Below are positions 48,375-58,342 of a stretch of DNA of 64,000 nt, piece by piece. Within the stretch, counting starts at the first letter, position 1. Every line of letters begins with the position of its first letter. Source of the DNA: an uncultured delta proteobacterium (GTDB lineage: Bacteria > Myxococcota_A > Polyangia > Polyangiales > Polyangiaceae); assembly GCA_963841435.1 (NCBI GenBank), contig CAWJCS010000004.1:192001-256000 (forward strand). Direction: 5' to 3'. The position numbers and the translations under genes were made by a program. Below the pieces are notes generated by a model. That model saw nothing but the letters and a program-made list of their open reading frames with translations. It did not search any database and was not told where the DNA came from.

Positions 48375-50056
48375 CCGGCCGAGCGCGGCTCGTTGGTGCT
48401 CGACCGCGTGTCCGGCGATCCCTCCGGCTCGGTCGTGCGCTCGCTCGGCACGATCACCGTGTCGGGTTCGAGCGGCCTTTCGCGCCGCCACCAGAGCGAC
48501 GCTCGCTCGGTTGTCCAGGGCGGCTCGAAGTGGATCGCCAGGAGCCGTTCGGCAAGCTCCCGCGCCGTTTGCGGACGCTTGTCGGGGTTCTTCTCGAGGC
48601 AAGTCATGATGAGGGCTTCGAGCTCGGCGTGGATGGGCTTGCCGACGCGGGCCGACGGTGAAAGCGGCTTCTGGTGCGCGTGCATCACGAGCATGTCGTG
48701 GCGCGTTGCCGCCTCGAACACGCGCTTTCCCGTGAGCAACCAGTAGCCGACGCAGCCGACGGCGTAGAGGTCGGCGCGCGCGTCGACGGGGGCCTGAAAG
48801 CGCACCATCTCGGGTGCCATGATCGCGGGCGTGCCGACGAAGCGCTGCTCGTCCTCGAGCTCCGCGGCCGTCGGGTGCCGGTCGAGCACGAGACCGAAGT
48901 CGAGCACCTTTACGAAATCGGCGTCGCCGCCCTGCAAGCAGGTAAACACGTTGGCCGGCTTCACGTCGCGGTGGACGAAGTCGTGGTCGTGCGCTTCGGC
49001 GAGCGAGTGACACACCTGCCGCAACAGGAATGCCGTCCGTTCCGCGTTTTGCGGGCCGAAACGCTCGACGAGCGTCTTCAAATCGACGCCGTTCAAGAGC
49101 TCCATCACGTAATAGAAGGCTCCCTCGCGCGTGATACCGAAGTCGTAGACCTGAATCGTGTGCGGTGACCGGAGTGACGCCGTCGTGCGTGCCTCGCGCA
49201 GGAAAAGCCGGAGCAGGCGCTCCGCCTCGCGGTTCCCGTGCTCGAGGACTTCCGGGCGAATCAGCTTCACGGCGGCGGGGGACGCCAGCATGAGATGGTT
49301 GGCGCGCCAGACTTCGGCCATGCCGCCCGTGCCGAGCCGCTCGACCAGCTCGTAACTGCCGATCTCGCGGGCTCGCTCGGCGCCCTCGCTGAGCCGGTGC
49401 ACGACGACCGAGATGCGGTGCGCGAGCAGCGCGGCCGCGAACGGCGACGCCGCCGAGAGCAAGAAGACGCCTGGCGAAGGCGACGGCCCGCCAACGTTCG
49501 ACGCGTAGAGCGACAACGGGTCCATCGCAGCCGCCAAGAGCAGCGTCGCGACCGAACCGCGCGGGGTCGCGGGGATCAGCGCACCGAACGCCAGGATGGG
49601 CACGACCGCCGGCGACACCTGGCGCAGCAGCTCGAACGCATTCCACGGCAACGCGTGGCGCATCACGGCAATGAGCAAACAAAGCAGCACGAGGTAAGCG
49701 CTGCCCAGATCGTGCACGTGTTGACGGCGCAGCCGCTCGGAGCGCGCTGCGGCGTACACCGCGGCGCTCGAAACCACGGCGAGCACGAGTGCGAGCCGGA
49801 AGCGGGGGAACGCCACCGACCAGGGCGGCGCGGTTCGGTCCGCAAAGGCAAACAGCGCGCCGAGGGCCGCGAGCAAGAGCAGCCCTGCGAGCCCCGCGAT
49901 GCCGCCGAGTCGCTCGACGCCCGACGCGAGCAGCTCGCTCCGGAGCTCACGATTGGCGGCTGCACGCACCGCCTCCCGCTCGTCCCAGCCTCGCCCGCTC
50001 GGCTCGAGCCGGATGCTCCGCGGTGCGGCCGCTGGGATCGAGCCGGGCGCGCCCAT
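48362..50056 (-). CDS. membrane-bound Ser/Thr protein kinase
   Basis: About 6 N-terminal TM helices; GTGGMAEV, HRDVKPAN, DFG, MAPE. Confidence 0.92.
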   Translation of the reverse strand: MGAPGSIPAAAPRSIRLEPSGRGWDEREAVRAAANRELRSELLASGVERLGGIAGLAGLLLLAALGALFAFADRTAPPWSVAFPRFRLALVLAVVSSAAVYAAARSERLRRQHVHDLGSAYLVLLCLLIAVMRHALPWNAFELLRQVSPAVVPILAFGALIPATPRGSVATLLLAAAMDPLSLYASNVGGPSPSPGVFLLSAASPFAAALLAHRISVVVHRLSEGAERAREIGSYELVERLGTGGMAEVWRANHLMLASPAAVKLIRPEVLEHGNREAERLLRLFLREARTTASLRSPHTIQVYDFGITREGAFYYVMELLNGVDLKTLVERFGPQNAERTAFLLRQVCHSLAEAHDHDFVHRDVKPANVFTCLQGGDADFVKVLDFGLVLDRHPTAAELEDEQRFVGTPAIMAPEMVRFQAPVDARADLYAVGCVGYWLLTGKRVFEAATRHDMLVMHAHQKPLSPSARVGKPIHAELEALIMTCLEKNPDKRPQTARELAERLLAIHFEPPWTTERASLWWRRERPLEPDTVIVPSERTTEPEGSPDTRSSTNEPRSAGQPP

Positions 50057-50134
50057 CGGTCGAGCATAGTGCCGATCGACGCTTCTCGCCCCTCGTCGGG
50101 TGAGACCCCGAGCGAAGAGCGCGTCCCGCGACGC

Positions 50135-50377
50135 TCAGGCCGCGCGGTCCGGGCGCTCGACGACGCGCAGCGGGCGCGAGCTACGGACGCTCGCGTCGGG
50201 CTCGGAGCAGGCTTCCCCGAGCTCTGTCCTCACGATCGACTCGACGGCGGGCAGGCAACCTCCGCAGCACGAGCCGGCTCCCGTGACGCCGATGACGGCG
50301 CTGCCGTCGAGGGCACCCCCTCTGACGGCGTCGCGAATGGCACGGTCCGAAACGGCGCGGCAGTGACAGACGATCAT
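50135..50377 (-). CDS. bfd: bacterioferritin-associated ferredoxin
   Basis: MIVCHC.AVSD..I...GAGSCCGGC; divergent from bfr. Confidence 0.88.
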   Translation of the reverse strand: MIVCHCRAVSDRAIRDAVRGGALDGSAVIGVTGAGSCCGGCLPAVESIVRTELGEACSEPDASVRSSRPLRVVERPDRAA

Positions 50378-50403
50378 CGTGCTCCCTCAGAGCCTAGCCT
50401 AGA

Positions 50404-50418
50404 TGAAAAGGACTTTCA
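50404..50418. promoter_or_regulatory. Fur-like box
   Basis: TGAAAAG-G-ACTTTCA, a 7-1-7 dyad between bfd and bfr. Confidence 0.7.
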
Positions 50419-50557
50419 ATATCAGTAGCAAGAGGCCAAAATTTCTGGGTCGGCCGGTGGGCCGCTGGCTGGCCGGGGGGCACGCGGTCCCGACCGCCCG
50501 CGACGACCAACACCTTCGAGCGAGGGGCCCGGGCAGACTTCGGCCTACACTCCGTCC

Positions 50558-51031
50558 ATGCGCGGCGACCCCGAAATCATCGAGCTACTGAACGAGGTTT
50601 TGACGGCCGAGCTCACGGCCATCAACCAGTACTTCATCCACTATCGGATGCTCGACAACTTCGGCTACGACCGGCTCGCCAAGAAGAAGCGCGAAGAATC
50701 GATCGAAGAGATGCACCACGCCGACGAGGTGATCGAGCGCATCCTGTTCCTCGACGGCTTGCCCAACATGCAGCGCCTGTCACCCGTTCGTGTCGGCGAG
50801 GAGCCCATCGAAATGCACGACCTCGATCTCGCGGTCGAGCTCGACGCGCTCGCTCGGCTCAACCGCGGCGTGGCGCTTGCCGTCGCCAAGGGCGACAATG
50901 GAACACGGGCGTTGCTGGAAAAGATCCTTCGGTCCGAGGAGGAATCGATCGACTGGCTCGAGACGCAGCTGTCGCTCGTGAAAACGCTCGGCCGCGAGCG
51001 CTACCTGGCCGAGCAGATCGAGGGTCACTGA
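50558..51031 (+). CDS. bfr: bacterioferritin
   Basis: ELTAINQYF.H, ESIEEM.HAD..IERIL.L.G.PN. Confidence 0.95.
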   Translation: MRGDPEIIELLNEVLTAELTAINQYFIHYRMLDNFGYDRLAKKKREESIEEMHHADEVIERILFLDGLPNMQRLSPVRVGEEPIEMHDLDLAVELDALARLNRGVALAVAKGDNGTRALLEKILRSEEESIDWLETQLSLVKTLGRERYLAEQIEGH

Positions 51032-51049
51032 GCGCCCTCCGAGCCGTCC

Positions 51050-52099
51050 TTGGCAGTCCGGAGGAGGATCTCACGCGTCGTTTCCGCCACTTGGGCGACG
51101 CTTTTTGCGGTGCGCGTGGCCGCGGCCCAGGCGGAAGCCCCGCCGGGTGACAGCGCGCCGAGCTCGTTGCCCACGGTCGATGCGGCGCTCGAGCTCGACG
51201 CACCCGAAGGCTGCGGCACCGAGGCGGCGCTCTCCTTCAGCATCACGCGGCGCTCGGATCGCATTCGAATCGATCCCACGTCGCCTCGCCGCCTGCATAT
51301 CGAGATCCGTGCCGAGGCTCAGCTCACGCGCGTCGTGCTCACGCTGTCGCAACCGAGTGGCCGGCACTCGACGCGCACGCTGCGGGCTTCGAGTTGTGAC
51401 GAGGCGCTCGAGGCGGCGGCCCTCGTCGCGGCCGTGTCGCTCGATCCGGCAGCGTCCGCCGCCCTCGAGCCCGCGCCCGAGCCGCCCCCTGAAAAGCCCA
51501 AGCCAACAAAGCTCGCCGCGCCGCCACCGCCGCCGCCCGCGCCGCCGCCGGCTCGGCTTTCGGTGGGTGCGGCCCTCTACGGTGAGGCGCTCTGGGGGCC
51601 TGCGCCGAGCGCTCTGCCGGGCGCGGGGATCATGGCGAGCATCGGCTGGGATCGCCGCGCGGTGCTCTCGCCCGTCGTGCGGCTCCGCGTGGGTCTGGCT
51701 TCGCGAGGCGGCTTCGAGCCTGGCCCCGGCACCTCGGGCACCGTCACCTTCAGGGTCATCGACGCCACGCTCGAGCTCTGCCCGCTACGGTTTGGCGTGT
51801 CCATGGTGGCGGTCCTCGCCTGCGCGATGGGCAGCGGGGGCCAGCTCTGGGCAGCAGGAAGGCAAACCACGGGCACTCAGGACCACGGCGAGCCCTGGGC
51901 GGCCGTCGGTGGATCCGCGGTTCTGGCTTTCCGGCCGGTGCCGTCGATCGAGCTTCAGGCGTTCTCGACGGTCGGCGGCGTGTTGAATCGACCGGGGTAC
52001 GAGTTCAGCCGTCCGGAGGAGAATATTCACATATATATTCATAGAGTTGGGACCGTCGCGCGGGCCGTGGGCGGCGCGGTCGGAATTGCGTTTCCGTGA
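51050..52099 (+). CDS. exported protein with C-terminal beta-barrel-like region, upstream of an ECF sigma gene
   Basis: Signal-like N-terminus, C...R.L....C.E...A.AL..A..LDP, Pro linker, then beta strands. Confidence 0.65.
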   Translation: MAVRRRISRVVSATWATLFAVRVAAAQAEAPPGDSAPSSLPTVDAALELDAPEGCGTEAALSFSITRRSDRIRIDPTSPRRLHIEIRAEAQLTRVVLTLSQPSGRHSTRTLRASSCDEALEAAALVAAVSLDPAASAALEPAPEPPPEKPKPTKLAAPPPPPPAPPPARLSVGAALYGEALWGPAPSALPGAGIMASIGWDRRAVLSPVVRLRVGLASRGGFEPGPGTSGTVTFRVIDATLELCPLRFGVSMVAVLACAMGSGGQLWAAGRQTTGTQDHGEPWAAVGGSAVLAFRPVPSIELQAFSTVGGVLNRPGYEFSRPEENIHIYIHRVGTVARAVGGAVGIAFP

Positions 52100-52130
52100 T
52101 CGACCGACCCCTGGCCCGCATGGCAAGCTT

Positions 52131-52706
52131 ATGACGATGGCGGATGTCTCCATGCTGCTCGTCGGGCCCAAGCCCGTCGACGAGGTGGCGCGTCGCAGCA
52201 GATTGGAAAAGATGTTTCGCGCGCACCACGAGCTGGTGTGGCGCACGCTGCGCCGTCTCGGGCTCGGCCCCGAGGCCGCTGCCGACGCGACACAGCAGGC
52301 CTTCCTCATCGCCGCCGAGCGCCTCTCCGACATCCGGCACGGGAGCGAGCGCGCGTTCCTTTTCGGCACGGCCATCCGGCTCGCTCGCACGTCGTATCGT
52401 TCCGGTCGACGCTTCCAGCTCGAGGACGATATGGATCACCGCGCGGACGGCGGCTCGAAGATCGAGGAGCTCGTCGATCAGCGTCGCGCCGTCGCCCTTG
52501 CCGACCGCGTGCTGTCGCAGATGGAGCCCACGTTGTTGACCGTGTTCGTTCTGTTCGAAATCGAAGGGCTTTCGACGCCCGAAATCGCCGAGCTCGAAGG
52601 TATTCCCCTCGGGACCGCGGCCTCGCGCCTCCGGCGGGCGCGCGAGGCGTTCCGTACGACCGCGGCGCGAATGGAGCGCACGATGCGCCGGGAGGCAGCG
52701 ACATGA
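52131..52706 (+). CDS. ECF RNA polymerase sigma factor
   Basis: VWRTLRRLG...A.DATQQ.F; FVLFEIEGLS.PEIA...GIP.GT.ASRLRRAR. Confidence 0.92.
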   Translation: MTMADVSMLLVGPKPVDEVARRSRLEKMFRAHHELVWRTLRRLGLGPEAAADATQQAFLIAAERLSDIRHGSERAFLFGTAIRLARTSYRSGRRFQLEDDMDHRADGGSKIEELVDQRRAVALADRVLSQMEPTLLTVFVLFEIEGLSTPEIAELEGIPLGTAASRLRRAREAFRTTAARMERTMRREAAT

Positions 52707-53380
52707 AGCGGTTGCTCGACGAAGGCGGCTCGTCTTTCGAGCGGGATCTCTTGAGCGCGTTGAGCGACGAACGGCCGTCGCCGGAGCTCTTGGCGCGCAT
52801 GCAGCAGGGGCTCGGTATTGCCTCGGGCGCCACGACAGCCGCTGCGGCCGCCACGTTCGGCTGGGCGAAGCTCGCATTCGCGGGGCTCGCTGCGGCGGGG
52901 CTCGCCGTCGGTGCCGCGGTGGTGCTGCGTCACCCGGCCGAGCCGGCGCCTCCGACCATTGCGCCGAGCCTGAAACCAGTTCCAGCCAAGGTGGAAGCGC
53001 CTGCCCTCCAGCCGGGGCCCGAGCCGGTGTCCGTGACCGACCTCGCGGTCGTGCCGGAAGAGGCGCAGGAGCCCGCCGCTCCGAGCAGGCCGCGGCCGGC
53101 CGCCTCGGTGACGGTCGACCTGAAGGAAGAGATCCGGCTGCTCGATCAGGCGCGCGCCGCCGTGCGCGGCGGCCAGGGCAGCGAGGCGCTCGCCGTGCTC
53201 GCCAAGTACAACCGACGCTACCCACGAGGCCAGTTCCGTCAGGAGGCGCAGGTCCTTCGCGTCGAAGCGCTCGAGCAGAGCGGGCAAAAGAAGGCCGCTG
53301 CCGAGCTCGGCAAGCAGTTCGTGGCCGCCCATCCCGAGAGCCCGCACGTCGAGCGGGTCGAGCGGGTCACCGGTCAATAA
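52703..53380 (+). CDS. putative anti-sigma membrane protein with C-terminal TPR
   Basis: ATGA overlap, one TM helix, L.EEIRLLD.AR.A...YP.G.F..EA. Confidence 0.75.
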   Translation: MKRLLDEGGSSFERDLLSALSDERPSPELLARMQQGLGIASGATTAAAAATFGWAKLAFAGLAAAGLAVGAAVVLRHPAEPAPPTIAPSLKPVPAKVEAPALQPGPEPVSVTDLAVVPEEAQEPAAPSRPRPAASVTVDLKEEIRLLDQARAAVRGGQGSEALAVLAKYNRRYPRGQFRQEAQVLRVEALEQSGQKKAAAELGKQFVAAHPESPHVERVERVTGQ

Positions 53381-53443
53381 GGCCGTTTCGAGCCGCCTGT
53401 CTTCCCCCGCCGGGGGCATGGTGCTATTCGGCCCCCTTCGACG

Positions 53444-54199
53444 ATGAGCGGTCATTCGAAGTGGGCGACGATCAAGCGCAAGAAGGGCGCCACGGACGCG
53501 GCGCGCGGCCGTATCTGGACCAAGCTGATCCGCGAGGTCGTGACGGCCGCTCGCATGGGCGGCGGTGACATCGACGGCAACCCACGTCTGCGCAAGGCGG
53601 TCACCGACTGCCGCGCCCAGCAGATGCCGGCGGACAACATCAAGCGCGCGATCCAGCGTGGCACGGGGGAGCTCGATGGCGCCGCGTACGACGAGGTCCT
53701 CTACGAGGGAACCGGACCGGGCGGCACGCTCTATCTCGTCGAGGGCATGACCGACAACCGCAACCGCACCGCCGCCGAGCTTCGCAAGGTGTTCGAGAAG
53801 CACAACGGCCAGATGGGCGGGGCGGGCGCCGCCGGCTGGGCGTTCGACCGCTTCGGCGTGATCACGCTCGAAAAGAGCGTCGTGAGCGAGGAAACGCTCA
53901 TGGAGGCAGCGGTCGATGCGGGTGCCGACGATTACCGCGACGAGGGCGAGATCTGGGCGGTTTACACGCCGCCGCATGATCTGGACCGCGTCACGACGAG
54001 CCTCGAAGAAAAGAAGATCCCCGTGCAATCGAGCAAGCTCGCCTACGTGCCCAAGAACAAGAAGCCCGTGTCGGGTCGTGATGCCGAGGTGTGCCTGAAC
54101 CTCGTCGAGGCGCTCGACGAGCACGACGACGTGCAGAACGTCTTCGGCGACTTCGATCTGTCGGACGAAGAGCTCGCGCGCATCACCGGCGCGGACTGA
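53444..54199 (+). CDS. yebC: YebC/PmpR family protein
   Basis: MSGHSKWATIKRKKG, NPRLR, YEG.GPGG, TDNRNRT, DDVQNV. Confidence 0.95.
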   Translation: MSGHSKWATIKRKKGATDAARGRIWTKLIREVVTAARMGGGDIDGNPRLRKAVTDCRAQQMPADNIKRAIQRGTGELDGAAYDEVLYEGTGPGGTLYLVEGMTDNRNRTAAELRKVFEKHNGQMGGAGAAGWAFDRFGVITLEKSVVSEETLMEAAVDAGADDYRDEGEIWAVYTPPHDLDRVTTSLEEKKIPVQSSKLAYVPKNKKPVSGRDAEVCLNLVEALDEHDDVQNVFGDFDLSDEELARITGAD

Positions 54200-54267
54200 G
54201 CGCCGCGCAAGTCGTTCCCGCGTTCCAGCCGCGCGTCCGCGCACCGGCGGCACGCCCTCGGCGGTCT

Positions 54268-54582
54268 TCAGCGGCTCTTTGGGGTCGATTGCGTTGCCGC
54301 GAGACGCTTCGGCATGTCTTCGGCTTGCTGGCTCGCGCGAAACTCGATCACGCGAAAGTCGGCGAGGCCGCGGCTCACGAACGGATCCTCTTTCACGATG
54401 GCTTCGATCGCCTCGCGGCTTTCGCCGAGCGCGAGGATGATGCCGCCGTCGCGCGGGATCTTGCGGCCGGATAGGACGAAATGCCCCGAGGCATAGTGCT
54501 TCTTCAGGAAGCCCATGTGGGCGCGCATGGCGGCATCGATGGTCTCGAGATCCGCCTTGTAAGTGAGCTCGACGATGAACAT
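54268..54582 (-). CDS. YciI family protein
   Basis: H..FL...Y..G.F..SG...PR.GG.I, DPF. Confidence 0.85.
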   Translation of the reverse strand: MFIVELTYKADLETIDAAMRAHMGFLKKHYASGHFVLSGRKIPRDGGIILALGESREAIEAIVKEDPFVSRGLADFRVIEFRASQQAEDMPKRLAATQSTPKSR

Positions 54583-54709
54583 GGTTCGGACGATGCGCTA
54601 CTACCGCGTCGCGCGGCCGTCCAATGCAACGAGTAGCTCCCGGAGCCGGGTGCGTCCGCGAGTGGAAGGCGCGATGGGTGCGGACGGCGCTCCCTGCTAT
54701 GGTTCCGCG

Positions 54710-55666
54710 ATGCCGTTCGACGCGAGCGAGGTGAAGCGCGCGCTCGACATAGCGGTCGAGAAGGCGCGGCGAAATCGCGAGGGCGAGCCGGCGCGTTACA
54801 TTCCCGAGCTCGCGAGCGTTCCGCTCGACACGCTGAGCGCCGCCGTCGTCGCGAGCGACGGACGTGCCATCGTCGCCGGCGATCACGCGGACCACGTCTT
54901 CACGTTCCAGAGCACGGCCAAGCTCGTCGTGCTCGCGGGTTTGCTAGAGGAGCGGGGGCCGGTCGAGGTGTTCGAGGTGGTGGGCTCCGAGCCCTCGGGC
55001 GACACGTTCGCTTCCGTGGCGCGCCTCGAGACCCACGGGCCGAAGCCGCCGAATCCGCTGGTGAATTCGGGCGCCATCGCGCTGTGCGGGCAGCTCCGCG
55101 GTGGCGTCGACGAGCGCGTCGCCTGGCTCGAGCGCTGGGCCGAGCGCGTGTACGGCGAGCGTCTCCCCGTGAACCAGGCGGTGCGGGCATCCGAGCGCGC
55201 CGCGGCCGACCGCAACCGCGCCATCGCCTACTACCTCAAGCACGGCGCCGTGATCGCGGGCGACGTCGAGGAGATCCTCGACGTGTATTGCGCCCTGTGC
55301 TCGCTCGAGGGCGGCGTGCAGCAGGCGGCGCACCTGCCCGCGCTGCTCGCCAACGGCGGCGTCCGCCCCGGCACGGGCGAGCGCGTGCTCTCGAAGCGCA
55401 CCGTGGCGATCGTCGTCTCGCTGATGGCGACGTGCGGCATGTACGACGAATCCGGCAACTACCTGGTCGCGACCGGTATGCCCGCGAAGAGCGGCGTGAG
55501 CGGGGCGATCGTCGCCGTCGTCCCCGGCGTGGCCGGAGTCGCCGTGTCGAGCCCGCGCCTCAACGACAAGGGCGGCAGCGTGCGCGGCCATTTCATTCTC
55601 CGCGAGCTCTCGCGAAAGCTCGGCTGGCATCTGGCGCTCTCCTCGCTCCAGGATGACGCGCCGTAG
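54710..55666 (+). CDS. glsA: glutaminase A
   Basis: YIPELA, QSTAK, EPSG..F, NPLVNSGAI, CGMYD.SG, PAKSGVSG. Confidence 0.93.
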   Translation: MPFDASEVKRALDIAVEKARRNREGEPARYIPELASVPLDTLSAAVVASDGRAIVAGDHADHVFTFQSTAKLVVLAGLLEERGPVEVFEVVGSEPSGDTFASVARLETHGPKPPNPLVNSGAIALCGQLRGGVDERVAWLERWAERVYGERLPVNQAVRASERAAADRNRAIAYYLKHGAVIAGDVEEILDVYCALCSLEGGVQQAAHLPALLANGGVRPGTGERVLSKRTVAIVVSLMATCGMYDESGNYLVATGMPAKSGVSGAIVAVVPGVAGVAVSSPRLNDKGGSVRGHFILRELSRKLGWHLALSSLQDDAP

Positions 55667-55720
55667 CGGCTTTTTCGTCTCGCGCCAGAGAGGGTGCGGG
55701 GGCTGCCGTGGTCGCCCCGC

Positions 55721-56386
55721 TCAGAACGGCCAGCGAAACTGCACGACGGAGAAGTAGCTGAACACGGCGTGCGAGATCGCGCTGGGCAGCAGGCGTCCGA
55801 GCCGCGCGGCGAGGAACGTCCAGATCACGCCGCAGCCGAACGCCGCGAAGATCAGCAGCGGATTGAATCCGACTCCCTCGACGCGCAGGCTGTAGGCGGT
55901 GGGCAGGGCCGCGAAGGCGTACAGCGCCGCGGCGGCGACCCAGCCGAGGCGCGTGCCGAGCCGCTCGTTGAGTCGGTCTAGGACGAGCCCGCGCCACACG
56001 AGCTCTTCACACAGCGTGATGACCAGAAGGGTGACCGTGAGCACGACCGAGCGCAGCATGACCTCCGGGTCACCGAGCTGCGCGTAGAGCGTGAGGAGCC
56101 AAAGCATGCGGCCCGTGCCCGTGGGCACGAGCACCGACCGCGCAGCCCACGAGGCGCCGAGCAGGACCATGGCGGTCAGCGCGCCGATCGAGATGTCGCC
56201 GGCGCGAGGCACGAGGCGCGAGGCGAGCGTGCCGTCGCGGCCGAGCGCGTAGAGCGCATAGCCGGCCAGCGCGAGGTGCGGCGCACCGAACAGCCAGAAG
56301 AAGCCCATGGTGCCCGCGTGCTCGGGCCGAAAAGCAAGGGCGTAGGTCGCCGTGACGACGGCGACCACGAGGGCGACCGCTCTCAC
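55721..56386 (-). CDS. CPBP (Abi/CAAX) intramembrane metalloprotease
   Basis: EELVWRG and a C-terminal SH motif; multi-TM; GTGA overlap with coaBC. Confidence 0.85.
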   Translation of the reverse strand: MRAVALVVAVVTATYALAFRPEHAGTMGFFWLFGAPHLALAGYALYALGRDGTLASRLVPRAGDISIGALTAMVLLGASWAARSVLVPTGTGRMLWLLTLYAQLGDPEVMLRSVVLTVTLLVITLCEELVWRGLVLDRLNERLGTRLGWVAAAALYAFAALPTAYSLRVEGVGFNPLLIFAAFGCGVIWTFLAARLGRLLPSAISHAVFSYFSVVQFRWPF

Positions 56387-57717
56387 GCGGTCCTCTGCGC
56401 GAGCTCCAGGGCCACGCGCTCGAGCAGGCGATCGGCGGCCACGTGCTTCGCCGTGCGCTCGATGACCTCGCAGGTGCGCACCCCGACGAGTAGCGCGCGG
56501 ACGTCGTCGCGACCGATCGACTCGTCGGCTCGATTGGCTACGACGAGGTCGACGCGCTTTTTCATCAGTTTCGAGCGGGCGCTCGCCACCGCCTTCTCGT
56601 CGGGGTCCGTCTCGAGCGCGAAGCCGACGAGTAGCGGCAAGTCGCCGTGGCGCGCGCGCCCGATCTCGGCGAGCAGATCCGGATTCGGGACGAGCTCGAG
56701 CGTGAGTCCCTCGTCGACCCGCTTGAGCTTGTCGGAGCTCGTGACGCGCGGGCGGTAGTCGGCGACGGCCGCAGCCATGATCAGCGCGTCGGCGCCGGAC
56801 AGATCGCTGCCGAGCACGCGCCAGAGCGCCGTGCGCAGCGCCTCCGCGGAGCGCACGTCGATACGCTCGACGCCGGGCGGCGTGGGCAGGCCGACGGGCC
56901 CCGCGATGAGCGTCACGGCGGCGCCGCGCTGGGCGGCGCGCTCGGCGATGGCGAAACCGAACTTCCCGGACGAGCGATTGCCGAGATAGCGCACGGGATC
57001 GATGTCCTCGGCGGTCGGCCCCGCCGTGACGACCAGGTGCCTGCCGCGGAGAGGCGCCCCCGAAAGTCGGCTGAGCACGTCGGCCGCGATCAGCTCCGGC
57101 TCGGCCATCCTGCCGACGCCCGTGTCGCCGCTCGCGACCTCGCCTTCGACGGGGCCGACGAGCGCGATGCGCCCGTCGGCGAGCAGGGTCTGCACGTTGC
57201 GTTCGGTCGCCGGATGCGACCACATCGTAGGGTGCATGGCGGGTGCCACGAGGATGGGGCAGCCCGCGCACAGGCAGAGCGCCGTCACGAGGTCGTCGGC
57301 ACGACCGGACGCGAGGCGCGCGAGGGTGTCGGCGCTGGCGGGCGCGACGATCACGAGGTCGCTTTCTTTGCCGAGCCGTACGTGGGGCTCGCCGCTCGCT
57401 CCCGCGGCGAACATCTCACCTACCACCGGTCTTTTCGTGAGCCCCGCGAACGTTGCTTCACCGATGAACTCGCGTGCGGAGTGCGTCATCACGACCTCGA
57501 GCACGAGGCCCTCGGCGAGCAAGAGGCGCGCGAGGGCCGCCGCCTTGTACGCGGCGATGCTGCCCGTGACGCACAGCGTGACCTGGCGACCGACGACGCC
57601 GCTGCCTTGCGGGCCGAGGTTACCGGGCAACGTCGGCTCCGGGCGCGACGGCTCGAGACCCGCGCGGCTCGGGAACGCAGGGGGCGCCGCTCTGGGCTTT
57701 GGGGGCGGGATGGTCAT
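56383..57717 (-). CDS. coaBC: phosphopantothenoylcysteine decarboxylase/ligase
   Basis: TGSIAAYKA, APAM...MW.HPAT, GRMAEP, TAGPT.E.IDPVRY..NRSSGK, AAVADY, VGFA.ET. Confidence 0.95.
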   Translation of the reverse strand: MTIPPPKPRAAPPAFPSRAGLEPSRPEPTLPGNLGPQGSGVVGRQVTLCVTGSIAAYKAAALARLLLAEGLVLEVVMTHSAREFIGEATFAGLTKRPVVGEMFAAGASGEPHVRLGKESDLVIVAPASADTLARLASGRADDLVTALCLCAGCPILVAPAMHPTMWSHPATERNVQTLLADGRIALVGPVEGEVASGDTGVGRMAEPELIAADVLSRLSGAPLRGRHLVVTAGPTAEDIDPVRYLGNRSSGKFGFAIAERAAQRGAAVTLIAGPVGLPTPPGVERIDVRSAEALRTALWRVLGSDLSGADALIMAAAVADYRPRVTSSDKLKRVDEGLTLELVPNPDLLAEIGRARHGDLPLLVGFALETDPDEKAVASARSKLMKKRVDLVVANRADESIGRDDVRALLVGVRTCEVIERTAKHVAADRLLERVALELAQRTA

Positions 57718-57745
57718 GGGCGCGAGCGTCTGCTCCTAAAAGCTA

Positions 57746-58342
57746 TCACGACCGCACGCGGGCCTTCGAAACGAAGCGGTTGCCCCGCTCGAAGAAACGC
57801 CACGGCCGCGCGGCCCAGGCGCCCGCGTAATCGATGCCGACGCGCGGCGAGCGCCCGACCGCGCCCCTCGGCCCGTCCAAAAGGAACAGCCGGCCCCGGC
57901 ACAGATCGGCGCCGTAGGCGGCGCGATCGATGCCGAACGCGACGCAGAGCTTGCCGGGACCATTCGTGAGTCTCACGTCGCCCGGCGAAAGCCCGCGCCG
58001 CCGTGCCATGAGCTCGACGCCTTCGAGCGGCTCGATGGCGCGCAGCAAGACAGCGTGTGGCGCACCGACGCGCGTCGTCACGAGGTTCAGGTGGTAGTGC
58101 ATGCCGTAGACGAAGAACACGTACGCGTGTCCCGGGGGGCCGAACATCGCCTCGGTTCGTGCCGTGCGGCGCCCACCGAACGAATGCGCGGCGCGATCCT
58201 CCGGACCTCGGTAGGCCTCTGCCTCGACGATGCGTCCGGCGACGCGTCCGCCCGGTGCGTCGTGCACGAGCACCTTGCCGATGGCGTCCCTCGCGACCGC
58301 GAGCACGGGTCGGGCGTAGAACGACCGGGGTAGCGGTTTCAC
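57746..58342 (-). CDS. mpg: DNA-3-methyladenine glycosylase (MPG/AAG)
   Basis: GRIVEAEAY.G..D.A.H, YV...YGMH, VL.RA.EP, NGPGKL, RVGI...PWRF. Confidence 0.93.
   Translation of the reverse strand: MKPLPRSFYARPVLAVARDAIGKVLVHDAPGGRVAGRIVEAEAYRGPEDRAAHSFGGRRTARTEAMFGPPGHAYVFFVYGMHYHLNLVTTRVGAPHAVLLRAIEPLEGVELMARRRGLSPGDVRLTNGPGKLCVAFGIDRAAYGADLCRGRLFLLDGPRGAVGRSPRVGIDYAGAWAARPWRFFERGNRFVSKARVRS

Noticed and set aside
52019-52046. AT-rich patch inside the 51050 gene as a foreign insertion
   Set aside because: Short and in frame (NIHIYIH) with no flanking repeats. It might be an internal promoter for the ECF gene, but there is no further support.
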